From: an uncultured bacterium
GTDB lineage: Bacteria > Eisenbacteria > RBG-16-71-46 > CAIMUX01
Direction of reading: 5' to 3'
Length of the DNA: 64,000 nucleotides
Assembly: GCA_964631125.1 (NCBI GenBank)
Contig: CAZVYN010000002.1
Span: 1,309 to 65,308, forward strand
Positions 45,000-54,526 of the stretch are shown one piece after another (within the stretch, counting starts at the first letter, position 1; every line of letters begins with the position of its first letter). A program made the translations under genes and the position numbers. The notes below the pieces were generated by a model. That model saw only the letters and a list, made by a program, of their open reading frames with translations, was not told the DNA's origin and searched no databases.

Positions 45000-46273
45000 G
45001 ACTCACCTCCTGTGGATGACGAGACGGACCGAGCCGGGAGCGACTTCGCTCTCTTGGCCAGCTTCCGTTCGAACTGCCTGCGAAAGACGGTGCGGAGCGC
45101 GGCGTGCTTCAGATCCTGCAGCGGGTAGTGACGTGAGCTGAGCGCGCGGCACTCCTCTGGGAGCAGCACCAGACTGACGTGGACGTTGGGGGCGATGCCG
45201 ATCGGGAGCCGATGCTCCATGCACGCTTCGTAGAGTCGGCGGAAGACAGGCACGAGCTCCTCGGTCTCGGGCGGCTCTCGTTTCGCCAGATCGGTCCCGA
45301 CGAGCGGACGGAAGACGCAGACCGTCGGAACCGCGCCGGCCTCGGTGATCCAATCGATGGCGCGGATCGTGGACTCCGCCGGCTCCAGCCCCGCGATGAT
45401 CTCTCCGTTCGTGACCCAGGGCTCGTCGCGCGGCCCCTTGTCCCGAAGCGCGGCGCAATACCGGATCGCATCCAGGTAGTGATCGAGCCCGTACTCCGCG
45501 TCTTTCCCCGGGCAGATCTCCCGGAACAGTTCGCGATCGTAGATCTCGAAGCAGAACGACACGCGGTTCACGCCGATCGCGCGCAGATGGTCGTATCGCT
45601 TCAGGTCGCGGTGCGGCGGAGTCTGCACCCCGACCAAGAGCCCCAGCTCCTGCTTGATCCGCACGATGAACGGCTCGAGGATGTCGAGATAGGTGTCGCC
45701 TTCGTAGTGTCCCGTGTTGAAGTCGACGTAGGTGATCCCCGACTCGTCCCGCGCCGCGCGCACCACCTCCATCACCTCGTCCAGCGACTTGTCGTCTGCA
45801 TCATCGATGCCGAGGTTCAGGCCGACGGAGCAGAACTGGCAGTTCACCTTGATCGGCTTCGCGGTCCAGTACTCGCAGACCTTCGCCTGATAGATGCCGA
45901 GGTACGTGCCCTGCAGCGTGCCGATCCGCGTCATCGGCTTGCCGCTGGTGGTTCTCCGGTCGTACCAGCCGGGACGCGGCGAGAGTTCGACCGTCGTCAC
46001 GTCTTCATCGAAGTGACGCAGGAGATAGCGACCTTCGCGCCGGTGCAGCGAGTAGGGAGAGCGCTCGACGAAGTGTTCGACGACGGGAGCGTTGGTCCAG
46101 AGACCGCCCGGCAGGATCATCTCGAGACCGCTGCCCAAGCCGGCTCGCGTCCGCACGATCTTGCGTCCGCCGTCTTCTTCGACATGGCACGTCTCGTCCA
46201 ACCGGACGCCTTTGCAGAACAGGTCGAGCTTCAAGAGCGCGGAATTCGAGCGGAGATCGTGGATCGAGATCAT
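44996..46273 (-). CDS. Radical-SAM-like Fe-S TIM-barrel protein with non-canonical Cys spacing
   Basis: The Cys triad is VCEYWTAKPIKVNCQFCSVG (C-x11-C-x2-C). The context is beta/alpha-barrel-like (ITYVDFNTGHYEGD, NRVSFCFE). The stop overlaps the ric start (ATGA). Confidence 0.55.
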   Translation of the reverse strand: MISIHDLRSNSALLKLDLFCKGVRLDETCHVEEDGGRKIVRTRAGLGSGLEMILPGGLWTNAPVVEHFVERSPYSLHRREGRYLLRHFDEDVTTVELSPRPGWYDRRTTSGKPMTRIGTLQGTYLGIYQAKVCEYWTAKPIKVNCQFCSVGLNLGIDDADDKSLDEVMEVVRAARDESGITYVDFNTGHYEGDTYLDILEPFIVRIKQELGLLVGVQTPPHRDLKRYDHLRAIGVNRVSFCFEIYDRELFREICPGKDAEYGLDHYLDAIRYCAALRDKGPRDEPWVTNGEIIAGLEPAESTIRAIDWITEAGAVPTVCVFRPLVGTDLAKREPPETEELVPVFRRLYEACMEHRLPIGIAPNVHVSLVLLPEECRALSSRHYPLQDLKHAALRTVFRRQFERKLAKRAKSLPARSVSSSTGGES

Positions 46274-46440
46274 GGGGCGGATCCTCTGGAACGAGACAAG
46301 TCTCCCAGAGCGAGCGGTGATCCGCGATGTCGATTCTCGACTATAAAATTGTACAGAAGCGTGGTGATTAGACGGTCACGACGTGCGGATTAGCTCCGAG
46401 ATTCGCTCAGCGCTTCACGCAGCGAGCGGCGCGAGACGCG

Positions 46441-46461
46441 CAACGGGCAACGGGCAACGGG
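46441..46461. repeat. 7-bp tandem repeat (CAACGGG) x3 abutting palindromic element copy 3
   Basis: The sequence reads CAACGGGCAACGGGCAACGGG directly. Confidence 0.85.
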
Positions 46462-46462
46462 G

Positions 46463-46516
46463 CTTGTGAAAAATGGTGCGACTGTTGCCGGCAATAGTCG
46501 CACCATTTTTCACAAG
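46463..46516. repeat. Palindromic element copy 3
   Basis: CTTGTGAAAAATGGTGCGACTGTTGCC | GGCAATAGTCGCACCATTTTTCACAAG, with one G-T mismatch near the centre. It lies in the divergent intergenic region between 44996..46273 (-) and ettA (+). Confidence 0.9.
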
Positions 46517-46922
46517 CTTCGACCCACCCGTATCTCTCCGATTCCGCTACGAACGTCGCCGACCGCGACGCGCCGCCATCACTCCCGCGAGCCCGAGCCC
46601 TAGCCCGAGCCCTAGGCAGATCAGACTCGACGGCCGAACGTGCGATCGTTGGCCGCAACGAACGCGGCGTCGCCCCAGTTCGCGGGGTCTTGGCTCCCCT
46701 CGAAGGGGTCGTTGACGTCGGCCCAGCTCGCCGCCAAGCCGATGTGCGGCGCGAAGAAGGACCCGAAGACGAGAACGGCGGCGACACGGACGAGGCTCGC
46801 ACGCGTATCGCCGACGAATCTCGACCGCGACTAGAGCCCCCGAACCGCGTAGAATGCCGCGCTCCCGGCGAGGCGGCCGGAACTCCCAAACACCAGCAGA
46901 TTCCAGCGGAGCGGAGGCGTTC

Positions 46923-48602
46923 GTGGCGCAGCAGTTCATCTACACGATGAAGGGTCTGGGGAAGGTGCATCCCCCGGACAAGGTCGTCCTGCGGGACATC
47001 TGGCTCTCCTTCTATCCGGGGGCCAAGATCGGCGTGCTCGGGCACAACGGCGCGGGCAAGTCCTCGCTTCTTCGCATCATGGCCGGGCTGGACCCCGATC
47101 ACATCGGCGAGGCGACGCCCGCTCCCGGCATCCGGGTGGGATTTCTGCCGCAGGAGCCGGTGCTGAACGCGGAGAAGGATGTGAAGGGGAATGTCGAAGA
47201 GGGGCTGCAGGAGATCCGCGATCTGCTGACGCGCTTCGAGACGATCTCGAACAAGTTCTCAGAGCCGATGGACGGCGATGAAATGGAGAAGCTGCTCGCC
47301 GAGCAAGCCGACGTGCAGGAGAAGATCGAGGCGGTCGACGGCTGGGATCTCGACCGCAAGATCGAGATCGCCATGGACGCCCTGCGCTGTCCGCCGGGCG
47401 ATTGGGCGGTGACGAATCTCTCCGGCGGCGAGCGACGTCGCATCGCGCTCTGCAAGATCCTCCTCCAGCAGCCGGACATGCTGTTGCTCGACGAACCGAC
47501 CAACCACTTGGACGCCGAATCAGTGGCGTGGCTCGAGCATCATCTGGAGCAGTTCCCGGGAACGATCGTCGCGGTGACCCACGATCGATACTTCTTGGAC
47601 AACGCGGCCGGCTGGATCTTGGAGTTGGACCGAGGACACGGCATCCCCTGGGAAGGCAACTACTCGTCTTGGCTGAGCCAGAAGTCGGAACGGCTGCGGC
47701 GCGAAGAGAAGACCGAGTCGAAGCGGCAGCGCACACTGGCGCGCGAGTTGGAGTGGGTGCGCCTCAGTCCGAAGGCGCGGCAGGCCAAGTCGAAGGCGCG
47801 TCTGCAGGCGTACGAGGAACTCCTCCAGCAGGATCAGGAGAAGCGACAGGAAGTCGCCGAGATCGTGATTCCGCCGGGACCGCGGCTCGGCGATGTCGTC
47901 GTGCAGGCGAAGGGCGTGAAGAAGGCGTTCGGCGACAAGCTGCTCTTCGATGACCTGAACTTCAATCTGCCGCGCGGCGGCATCGTCGGCGTGATCGGCC
48001 CCAACGGCGCCGGCAAGACGACGCTCTTCCGCATGATCCTCGGACAGGAGAAAGCGGACGGCGGCGAACTCGTCGTGGGCGACACAGTGGTGCCCGCTTA
48101 TGTCGACCAGTCGCGCGACGCGCTCGCGGGCGACAAGTCGATCTGGGAAGAGATCTCCGGCGGCGAGGACAAGATCGTGGTCGGCAAGCGCGAGATCAGC
48201 TCACGCGCCTACGTCTCCAACTTCGGCTTCAAGGGACAGGACCAGCAGCTCGCGGTCGGCGGCCTCTCCGGCGGCGAGCGCAACCGCGTGCACCTGGCCA
48301 AGCTCTTGAGGGCGGGCGGGAACATGCTCTTGCTCGACGAGCCGACCAACGACTTAGACGTCGACACGCTCCGCGCGCTCGAAGAGGCCCTGCTCGACTT
48401 CGCCGGCTGCGCCGTCGTGATTTCCCATGATCGCTGGTTTCTCGACCGGATCGCGACGCACATCCTCTCCTTCGAGGGAGACAGCCAGGTCGTCTGGTTC
48501 GAGGGGAACTACAAGGACTACGAACTCGACAAGCGTCGCCGCCTCGGCTCCGAAGCCGACACGCCGCATCGCTTGAAATACAGGAAGCTCGTGCGGAGCT
48601 AA
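46923..48602 (+). CDS. ettA: Energy-dependent translational throttle protein EttA (ABC-F ATPase)
   Basis: The GTG at 46923 gives (M)[54 protein letters not shown], collinear with the EttA N-terminus as I recall it. Two ABC cassettes are present ([16 protein letters not shown]). Confidence 0.95.
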   Translation: MAQQFIYTMKGLGKVHPPDKVVLRDIWLSFYPGAKIGVLGHNGAGKSSLLRIMAGLDPDHIGEATPAPGIRVGFLPQEPVLNAEKDVKGNVEEGLQEIRDLLTRFETISNKFSEPMDGDEMEKLLAEQADVQEKIEAVDGWDLDRKIEIAMDALRCPPGDWAVTNLSGGERRRIALCKILLQQPDMLLLDEPTNHLDAESVAWLEHHLEQFPGTIVAVTHDRYFLDNAAGWILELDRGHGIPWEGNYSSWLSQKSERLRREEKTESKRQRTLARELEWVRLSPKARQAKSKARLQAYEELLQQDQEKRQEVAEIVIPPGPRLGDVVVQAKGVKKAFGDKLLFDDLNFNLPRGGIVGVIGPNGAGKTTLFRMILGQEKADGGELVVGDTVVPAYVDQSRDALAGDKSIWEEISGGEDKIVVGKREISSRAYVSNFGFKGQDQQLAVGGLSGGERNRVHLAKLLRAGGNMLLLDEPTNDLDVDTLRALEEALLDFAGCAVVISHDRWFLDRIATHILSFEGDSQVVWFEGNYKDYELDKRRRLGSEADTPHRLKYRKLVRS

Positions 48603-48713
48603 GTCAACGGCCCGCGGCGCCCGCGGGCCGTTTCCGCCCTGCACCCGCGGGCGCCAACTCCTCTCGAAACGAGTTGGCGCCCGCGCCACATTCTCCGCTC
48701 ACTCCTCCAGCAC

Positions 48714-51230
48714 TCACTCCTCCAGAACCCACTCCTCCGCCGGCGTCCGCAAGTTGTACGACGAAGACATCACCGCCCCGTACGCCCCCGCATTCTCGAT
48801 CAGCATCACGTCGCCAGGATGCGTCTCCGGCAACAGCCGATCCCGCCCCAGGACATCGCTCGATTCGCAGATCGGACCGACCACATGCCAGTAGCCGGAA
48901 GGCGCCTCGTCGAGCCGCGTCAGATTGTGGATCGTGTGCCACGCGCCGTAGAGCGCCGGGCGCAGCAGCGAGTTCATCCCGGTCGCCAGCCCCACGAACC
49001 CGACACCGGCCTTGCGACGCACCTGGGTCACGGGCGCAATGAGCACCCCCGCTTCGCTCACCAAGAACCTCCCCGGCTCCATCCGCAGCTCTAGCCCGAC
49101 CGCCGCGCGACGCAGCGACGCGAGGCTTGCGTTCAACGTCCGCAGATCGAGCGGCGGTTCACCGGGCCGCTCCGGCACGCCGAGTCCTCCTCCGAGATCG
49201 ATCCAGCGAAGATCACTCAGGTGAGCGCGCAGTAGGTACAGCGCCTCGCCGACCCCGGCCCAACACTCCGGATCCATCACGCCACTTCCGACATGGGCGT
49301 GCAGTCCGGTGATCCGCACGTCGTGAGACGCGAAGAACGCGGCGAGGCCCGCCACCTCGTCGGGCAGCAGTCCGAACTTCGCGTGCGCGCCGGCGGTCTT
49401 CACCTTCTCGTGGTGCCCGCGGCCCAGACCCGGGTCGATCCGCAGCGCGAGTTCACGACCGCGAAAGAGCTCCGGCGCCTCGCGGATGAGCTGCGGCCCG
49501 TCGATCGTCACGTTCGCGCCCGCCGCGAAGGCCGCTGCGTATTCCTCGAGTGGACAGAAGTTCGGCGTGAAGAGGACGGCGACGCTCGCGCCGAAGAGAT
49601 CCCGCACGCGCGCGATTTCCGCCGCCGAAACGCACTCGAAGCCGAGCCCGCTCGCACGAATCGTCGCGAGCACACGCGGATGCACGTTGGCCTTCATCGC
49701 GTAGAAGATCTGGTCGATGTTGGTCAGCTCGCTGCGTAGGGACGCGACCCGATGCCGGATCGTGGCGAGGTCGTAGACGTAGCGCGGGCGGCCGTCCGCC
49801 ATGAGACTCAGCAGTTCGGCGCGACGCGTGCGCCACCAGACCGCGCCCCCGCGTCCACCCTCAACCTCACCCTCATCTTCGCCCTTCCCCTGCTGGGCTC
49901 GGGCATCGAACGCTCGCCGCCCCGAGAGCATCTCCCACGTTGGCCCCAGCCGGTCTTCCTGCCCTTGCGCCGAGAACAGCGCCGCGTGCAGTCGCTCGAC
50001 CAACACGGCCGCGTCGTCCTCATCGACGACGAACGAGAAGTTCAGGTCGTCGGTCGACTGCGTCACGAGGTGCACCGGCCGTTCACCGAAGGCCGAGAGC
50101 GCTGAGCCGAGCTGTGCGAGCGCGGTGCGAAGCCGTCGCCCGACGATGGAGATCACAGCGCACGGATGTCTCACCTCGACCTGTCCCAGCGAACCGAGCC
50201 GCTCCACGAGCGCCGCGAACGATCGCCCATCGACTCCGCCCGGAAGTTTGTCGAGCGTGACGCTGACCGACGCCTCGGAGGTCGCGACGAGATCGATCGA
50301 GACCCCTTCTTCCTGGAAGCAAGCAAACGCGCGCGCGAGGAAGCCGGGGGCCTCCCAGATCGAGAGGGTCGAGAGCGTGAGCAACGTCACGTCGCGACGG
50401 CAGGTCACGGCCGTGAGACGCGGGCGATCGTCATCGAGCGGCGTCACGCGCGTGCCGTCGGCCTGCGGATCGAGGGTCGAGCGCACCTCGAGCGGAATGC
50501 CCTCGCCGGTCAAGGGCGCCAAACAGCGCGGATGGAGCACCTTGGCGCCCATCGCCGCCAGTTCCTGCGCCTCTCGGTAGTCGAGACGCCGGATCAGTCG
50601 AGCGGATGGGATGACGCGCGGATCCGCGGTGAACATACCGGGCACGTCGGTCCAGATCTCCAGCCGTTCAGCGCCGAGCAACGCAGCGAGCAACGCCGCC
50701 GAAGTGTCGCTCCCTCCGCGTCCCAACAGACAGGTCTCGCCCGTGCGCGTGCGCGCGAGGAATCCCTGGGTGAGCGCGACTTCCGCCCCCTCGAGCAGCG
50801 GCTCGATCCGGCCCGGATCGTGTGTGATCGGAACCTGCGCCTCGAGGAACGCGCGCTCCTCCGGTTCGTTCGGACGCGGCTCGCTGCGCAGCAACTCGAG
50901 CGCGTCGAGCCACCGAGCTTCGAGCTCATGTCGACGCAGCGCGACGACCCCGATTCGCGTCGACGCCATCTCCCCGAAGCTCGAGGCACGCGCGATGACC
51001 CTCGGTGTCGCCTCTTCGGTGAGGCGGATTCCCTCCAGTCGCCGGGTCAACTCTCGGAAGAGCTCTTCGACTGGCGCCCACTCCTCGGGCGACGCAGAGA
51101 GCTCGCGCGCCAATCGCTCGTGGGTCTCGCGGATCCAGCCGAGCGCGGTCGAGTCTCCCGCCGCGCGCGCCTCGTACACCGCCTGGAGCAGCCGATCGGT
51201 CACGCCAGCCAGCGCCGAGACGACGATCAA
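48714..51230 (-). CDS. Bifunctional aspartokinase / diaminopimelate decarboxylase (main reading frame; N-terminus is in another frame)
   Basis: The aspartokinase body reads VVSALAGVTDRLL...LGRGGSDTSAA, followed by ACT-like regions. A PLP decarboxylase follows (FYAMKANVHPRVL, HAHVGSG, GPICESSD). Confidence 0.85.
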   Translation of the reverse strand: MIVVSALAGVTDRLLQAVYEARAAGDSTALGWIRETHERLARELSASPEEWAPVEELFRELTRRLEGIRLTEEATPRVIARASSFGEMASTRIGVVALRRHELEARWLDALELLRSEPRPNEPEERAFLEAQVPITHDPGRIEPLLEGAEVALTQGFLARTRTGETCLLGRGGSDTSAALLAALLGAERLEIWTDVPGMFTADPRVIPSARLIRRLDYREAQELAAMGAKVLHPRCLAPLTGEGIPLEVRSTLDPQADGTRVTPLDDDRPRLTAVTCRRDVTLLTLSTLSIWEAPGFLARAFACFQEEGVSIDLVATSEASVSVTLDKLPGGVDGRSFAALVERLGSLGQVEVRHPCAVISIVGRRLRTALAQLGSALSAFGERPVHLVTQSTDDLNFSFVVDEDDAAVLVERLHAALFSAQGQEDRLGPTWEMLSGRRAFDARAQQGKGEDEGEVEGGRGGAVWWRTRRAELLSLMADGRPRYVYDLATIRHRVASLRSELTNIDQIFYAMKANVHPRVLATIRASGLGFECVSAAEIARVRDLFGASVAVLFTPNFCPLEEYAAAFAAGANVTIDGPQLIREAPELFRGRELALRIDPGLGRGHHEKVKTAGAHAKFGLLPDEVAGLAAFFASHDVRITGLHAHVGSGVMDPECWAGVGEALYLLRAHLSDLRWIDLGGGLGVPERPGEPPLDLRTLNASLASLRRAAVGLELRMEPGRFLVSEAGVLIAPVTQVRRKAGVGFVGLATGMNSLLRPALYGAWHTIHNLTRLDEAPSGYWHVVGPICESSDVLGRDRLLPETHPGDVMLIENAGAYGAVMSSSYNLRTPAEEWVLEE

Positions 51231-51355
51231 GACGCGAGGCGGGGCCCGTTCTCACTCTGACGGATCGGGTGCACGCGCTCTGCGATCACCCGCCAACGCT
51301 CGGCCGACACGACCGACGTGCCGCCGAATTTCAGGACGACCCATGGACTCGACAT
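51227..51355 (-). CDS. lysC: Aspartokinase N-terminal segment, frame-shifted relative to 48714..51230
   Basis: GGAGAG precedes the ATG at 51355. MSSPWVVLKFGGTSVVSAERWRVIAERV is the kinase N-terminal nucleotide-binding motif. The frame closes at 51227, and the downstream frame is open from 51251. Confidence 0.75.
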   Translation of the reverse strand: MSSPWVVLKFGGTSVVSAERWRVIAERVHPIRQSENGPRLAS

Positions 51356-51470
51356 CCGCTCTCCAGCGTCGGCGGATTCTACGGCGTGCGGACCGCGTCC
51401 GCCGGCCCGAACAGGTCGTCGAACAGGTGCTGAAGCGTGTTCGACGACCGAAAGAGAGGTTCCATTCCCC

Positions 51471-52691
51471 TCAACGAATGACGGTGATCGGACGCGTGTG
51501 CCTGGTCCCGTCTTGCGCAGCAAACGAGAGGAAGTACCGGCCGGCCGCGAGCGACCGCGGAATGTCGACCGCGCCGCCCGCGCTGGTCAGTCCGACGATC
51601 TCGCGTCCCCCCGCGTTCAGGACGCGGACGTTCGAAACCGACGAAGCGTTCTGCGCCAGCTCGACGATGCGAACGCTCTGGCCGCGCACCGGATTCGGGA
51701 AGACGACGAAGAGATCGTCGCGCTGACCGATCGGAGTCGCGACATCGGCCGGATCGAGGAACGAGTACTTCCACATGTCGCTTCTCAACCCGCTGTTCAG
51801 CAGGCCACCGGTGAAATACAGCGTCTCGTCGATGATGAACGTGCCCGGGGCCCAACGCGCCTCGCCGGGATGCGGCGTCAGTTGGGTCCAACTATCGAGC
51901 ACACCGTCATACTCCCACATCTCGCCCGTGGGGAACTGATCGTGCGACTCGTCTTCGCCGCTGAGGACGTAGCCTTTCCCGCCGCGCGAGAACTGCGTGC
52001 CCGCGACGCGTCCCTCGGACGGGAGATCGTCCATGCGGGTCCAGGTGTTGGTGTCGCGGTTGTAGCGGTAGACATCCTTGTAGATGCCGGCGCCGTGACC
52101 GAAACAGACGTACGGCGTGTTTCCGATATTGAAGTAGTAAGGATGATGGCGGTTGGGCCCCGGCAGATCGGGCCGTTGCACCCAGATGTTGGTGGCGATG
52201 TCGTACTCCCACCAGTCCTTGAGATTGCCGGTCTGGGCGCCGCCGCAACCGACGAAGATCTTCCCGTCATCGGTGATGACGAAGGCGGGATGCGTGCGAC
52301 CCAGCGCGGGGAGCGGCGCTAGCTGTGTCCAGAGCGCGGTCTGCGGGTTGTACTCCCACAGGTCGGCCAAGAAGACCGAGCCCGATCCGAAGCCGAGATA
52401 GCCTTTGCCCCCCCACTGACCACCGTAGGAATAGGTGCGGTCAGGTCCCGGGAAATCAGGCAGAACGGTCCAGCTATCGGCGACCGGGTCGTAGCGGAAG
52501 AAGTCGTCCGAGATAGAGGACCCGCCGGTGGTGGAGCCGGTGACCAGATACCCGAATCCGTCCAGGGCGAAAGTCACCGGATGGTGGCGACCGACGCCCG
52601 GGAAGCTCGCTACTTGCTCCCAAGTTTGAGCGGAAGAGACGGTCGCGGAGACGAAGCAGAGGGTCAAGGCGGCGATGTTTCTCAAGTGCAT
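51471..52691 (-). CDS. Secreted Kelch/galactose-oxidase-like beta-propeller protein with FlgD-Ig-like C-terminal domain
   Basis: The signal peptide is LTLCFVSATVSSAQ. Repeated blades have W-x-x-[LM/R] and GG motifs (DSWTVLPDFPG, ALWTQLAPLP, NIWVQRPDLPG, NTWTRMDDLP, DSWTQLTPHPG). The C-terminus reads FPNPV...GRYFLSF...ITVIR. Confidence 0.8.
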   Translation of the reverse strand: MHLRNIAALTLCFVSATVSSAQTWEQVASFPGVGRHHPVTFALDGFGYLVTGSTTGGSSISDDFFRYDPVADSWTVLPDFPGPDRTYSYGGQWGGKGYLGFGSGSVFLADLWEYNPQTALWTQLAPLPALGRTHPAFVITDDGKIFVGCGGAQTGNLKDWWEYDIATNIWVQRPDLPGPNRHHPYYFNIGNTPYVCFGHGAGIYKDVYRYNRDTNTWTRMDDLPSEGRVAGTQFSRGGKGYVLSGEDESHDQFPTGEMWEYDGVLDSWTQLTPHPGEARWAPGTFIIDETLYFTGGLLNSGLRSDMWKYSFLDPADVATPIGQRDDLFVVFPNPVRGQSVRIVELAQNASSVSNVRVLNAGGREIVGLTSAGGAVDIPRSLAAGRYFLSFAAQDGTRHTRPITVIR

Positions 52692-52769
52692 ACGGGTGGC
52701 GTCCCTTCTCGAGATGCGGGGGGCGTGGAGGCGAGGGTCTCGACGAATCCGGTGGGCCTGGACTGAGCA

Positions 52770-53354
52770 TCAGGATATCCGACGGGACCCCGAACTCGCG
52801 ACCCACTCTCGCTCCAGCAGTCCGTAGAAGGCGGTGTCCGAGATCTCGTCGTTGACGATCCACCGCTCCCGCAGGAGCCCCTCCCGCTGGAATCCGAGTC
52901 GCTCCAGCGCGCGGCAGGACGCCGCATTGCGCGAATCGGCGTCCGCTTCGAGCCGATGGAGTCTCAGCGGTCCGAAGGCGAAATCGACGACGGCGACGAG
53001 CGCCTCGTTCATGTAGCCGCATCCCCAGTAGGCGCGGCCCAAGATGTAGCCGATCTCCGCGCGGCGATTGCCGGGATCGATCCCCATGAGGGTGCAAGTG
53101 CCCAAGATCTGGCCGTCCTCGATCCGCTCGACGCCCCATTGCAGCAGGTCGCGCCGCGCGAACCCTTCGTGGATCCGTCCGATCAGTCGATCCACCTGCG
53201 CTAGATCGTTGTGCGGCGGGCTGCTCCAGTACCGCATGACCTGCGGATCGGAAAAGACGTCGAAGAGCGCGGTGCGATCGGAGTCCTCGATGCGGCGCAA
53301 CCGGAGCCGCGGCGAAGTCAGCGTAGGGAACTCCTCCCAGTCGATCACGACCAC
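52770..53354 (-). CDS. GNAT family N-acetyltransferase (RimJ/RimL-like)
   Basis: Motifs present: LRLRRIEDSDRTALFDVFSDPQVMRYW, IGYILGRAYWGCGYMNEALVAVVDFAF, NAASCRALERLGFQREGLLRE. The start was chosen at GTG 53354 or 53348 after GGAGG. The longer track ORF would overlap the divergent gene. Confidence 0.75.
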   Translation of the reverse strand: MVVIDWEEFPTLTSPRLRLRRIEDSDRTALFDVFSDPQVMRYWSSPPHNDLAQVDRLIGRIHEGFARRDLLQWGVERIEDGQILGTCTLMGIDPGNRRAEIGYILGRAYWGCGYMNEALVAVVDFAFGPLRLHRLEADADSRNAASCRALERLGFQREGLLRERWIVNDEISDTAFYGLLEREWVASSGSRRIS

Positions 53355-53580
53355 CTCCGGAATCGGCGCCCGAACCCGAGAAAAATAGGAGTGTCGCCTG
53401 ATCGGAGAATCGGTGCTAGGGTTCCGCGGTCTGGCTGGCTGAATGAGAGTCTGATCTGGTCCATAGTGCCCACGCTCGTTCTCTTCACTCGCCTTCGGGC
53501 CCACACGGTGGCCCCTTTCCTCTTGGACCCGGAAAGCAAAAAGAATGGGTCCCCTAGATCCCCACAGGAGGGAACGCACG

Positions 53581-53910
53581 ATGGGTACGAAACTGTACGT
53601 TGGCAACTTGACCTTCGATACGAACGACTCTGATCTCGAGGAATTGTTCGCCTCGCAGGGTGCCGTTCGGAGTGCTCAGGTCGTCATGGACCGGGACAGC
53701 GGACGCAGCAAGGGCTTTGGGTTCGTCGAGATGGGCACCGATGGAGAGGCGCAGAACGCCATCTCCGCCCTGAACGGCCGTGACTTCAAGGGCCGCGCTC
53801 TCACCGTGAACGAGGCTCGCCCCCGCGAAGATCGCGGACCTGGCGGCCCGAGCCGTGGCGGTCCTCCGCGCGGCGGCAGCGGTGGCGGCGGCGGAGCGCG
53901 TCGCTACTAG
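53581..53910 (+). CDS. RRM-type RNA-binding protein with Gly/Arg-rich tail
   Basis: RNP-2 is KLYVGNL and RNP-1 is KGFGFVEM. The C-terminus is RGGPPRGGSGGGGGARRY. Confidence 0.9.
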   Translation: MGTKLYVGNLTFDTNDSDLEELFASQGAVRSAQVVMDRDSGRSKGFGFVEMGTDGEAQNAISALNGRDFKGRALTVNEARPREDRGPGGPSRGGPPRGGSGGGGGARRY

Positions 53911-53941
53911 TTCGCTGGTTCGCTGGTTCGCTGGTTCGCTG
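53911..53941. repeat. 8-bp tandem repeat (TTCGCTGG) x about 4 immediately after the stop codon
   Basis: The sequence reads TTCGCTGGTTCGCTGGTTCGCTGGTTCGCTG directly. Confidence 0.85.
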
Positions 53942-53997
53942 TTGAAAGACTCTCGTCAGCGGCTCGCGCAAGCGGGTTGAAAGACGGGTTTGAAGAA

Positions 53998-54036
53998 GAG
54001 GGGAAGCGTTCACGCGCTTCCCCTCGATTCTTTTTT
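53998..54036 (+). terminator. Rho-independent terminator of the RNA-binding protein gene
   Basis: 11-bp stem GAGGGGAAGCG / CGCTTCCCCTC with a 6-nt loop, followed by GATTCTTTTTT. Confidence 0.75.
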
Positions 54037-54060
54037 GGGCGTGGGCGCCCCGGCGCGGCT

Positions 54061-54492
54061 TTACTGCCGGTCGCGCACGAAGCGCTGGCGGAGCAGAGTG
54101 TCGAGCGCGAACTTGCCCGGACCGTTCAACAAGATCAGAAGTGCGATCGCGAGGTAGAGCGAGGCCAGCTCCCACGATCCGCCCCTCCCGACGAACGGCT
54201 GCCCTTTCGCCATGTGCTGCGCCACCGCGCCGATCATGGTGCAGGCGACGCCCAACGCGGCGAGCGGGGCCAAGAGTCCGACGATGAGCGCGAATCCGCC
54301 GAAGACCTCGGAGAAGGCGGCCAGCGCCTGGAGGAAGGGCGGCGCCCAGGCACCCTCGCCCATCCAACTGAACGGCGTCTGGATCTTGCCCCATCCATGG
54401 AAGATCAATCCGGCCCCCGCGATGACGCGAAGGAAGAGCAGCGCCGAGCCGAGCCGAGTCGAACTCTCGGGCGGAAGGAAGAACGAACGCAC
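54061..54492 (-). CDS. DoxX family membrane protein
   Basis: The protein has four hydrophobic segments. The motif LLFLRVIAGAGLIFHGWGK and FSEVFGGFALIVGLL are present. Length is 143 aa with a GTG start. Confidence 0.8.
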   Translation of the reverse strand: MRSFFLPPESSTRLGSALLFLRVIAGAGLIFHGWGKIQTPFSWMGEGAWAPPFLQALAAFSEVFGGFALIVGLLAPLAALGVACTMIGAVAQHMAKGQPFVGRGGSWELASLYLAIALLILLNGPGKFALDTLLRQRFVRDRQ

Positions 54493-54526
54493 GTGACCTC
54501 CTGGAGTGAGCGCCGCGTGAGCGCGG

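Noticed and set aside
46341-46356. AT-rich box CTATAAAATTGTACAG upstream of the radical-SAM/ric operon as a promoter or NsrR site
   Set aside because: It stands out in a GC-rich background. However, I could not fit a convincing -35/-10 pair or a known Rrf2/NsrR inverted repeat to it, which is too weak to report as a feature.
51356-51470. Lysine riboswitch (L-box) upstream of the aspartokinase fusion gene
   Set aside because: Only about 115 nt of leader is available before the neighbouring gene's stop, which is shorter than an L-box. I could not find the conserved L-box core strings by eye. A covariance-model scan would be needed to be certain.
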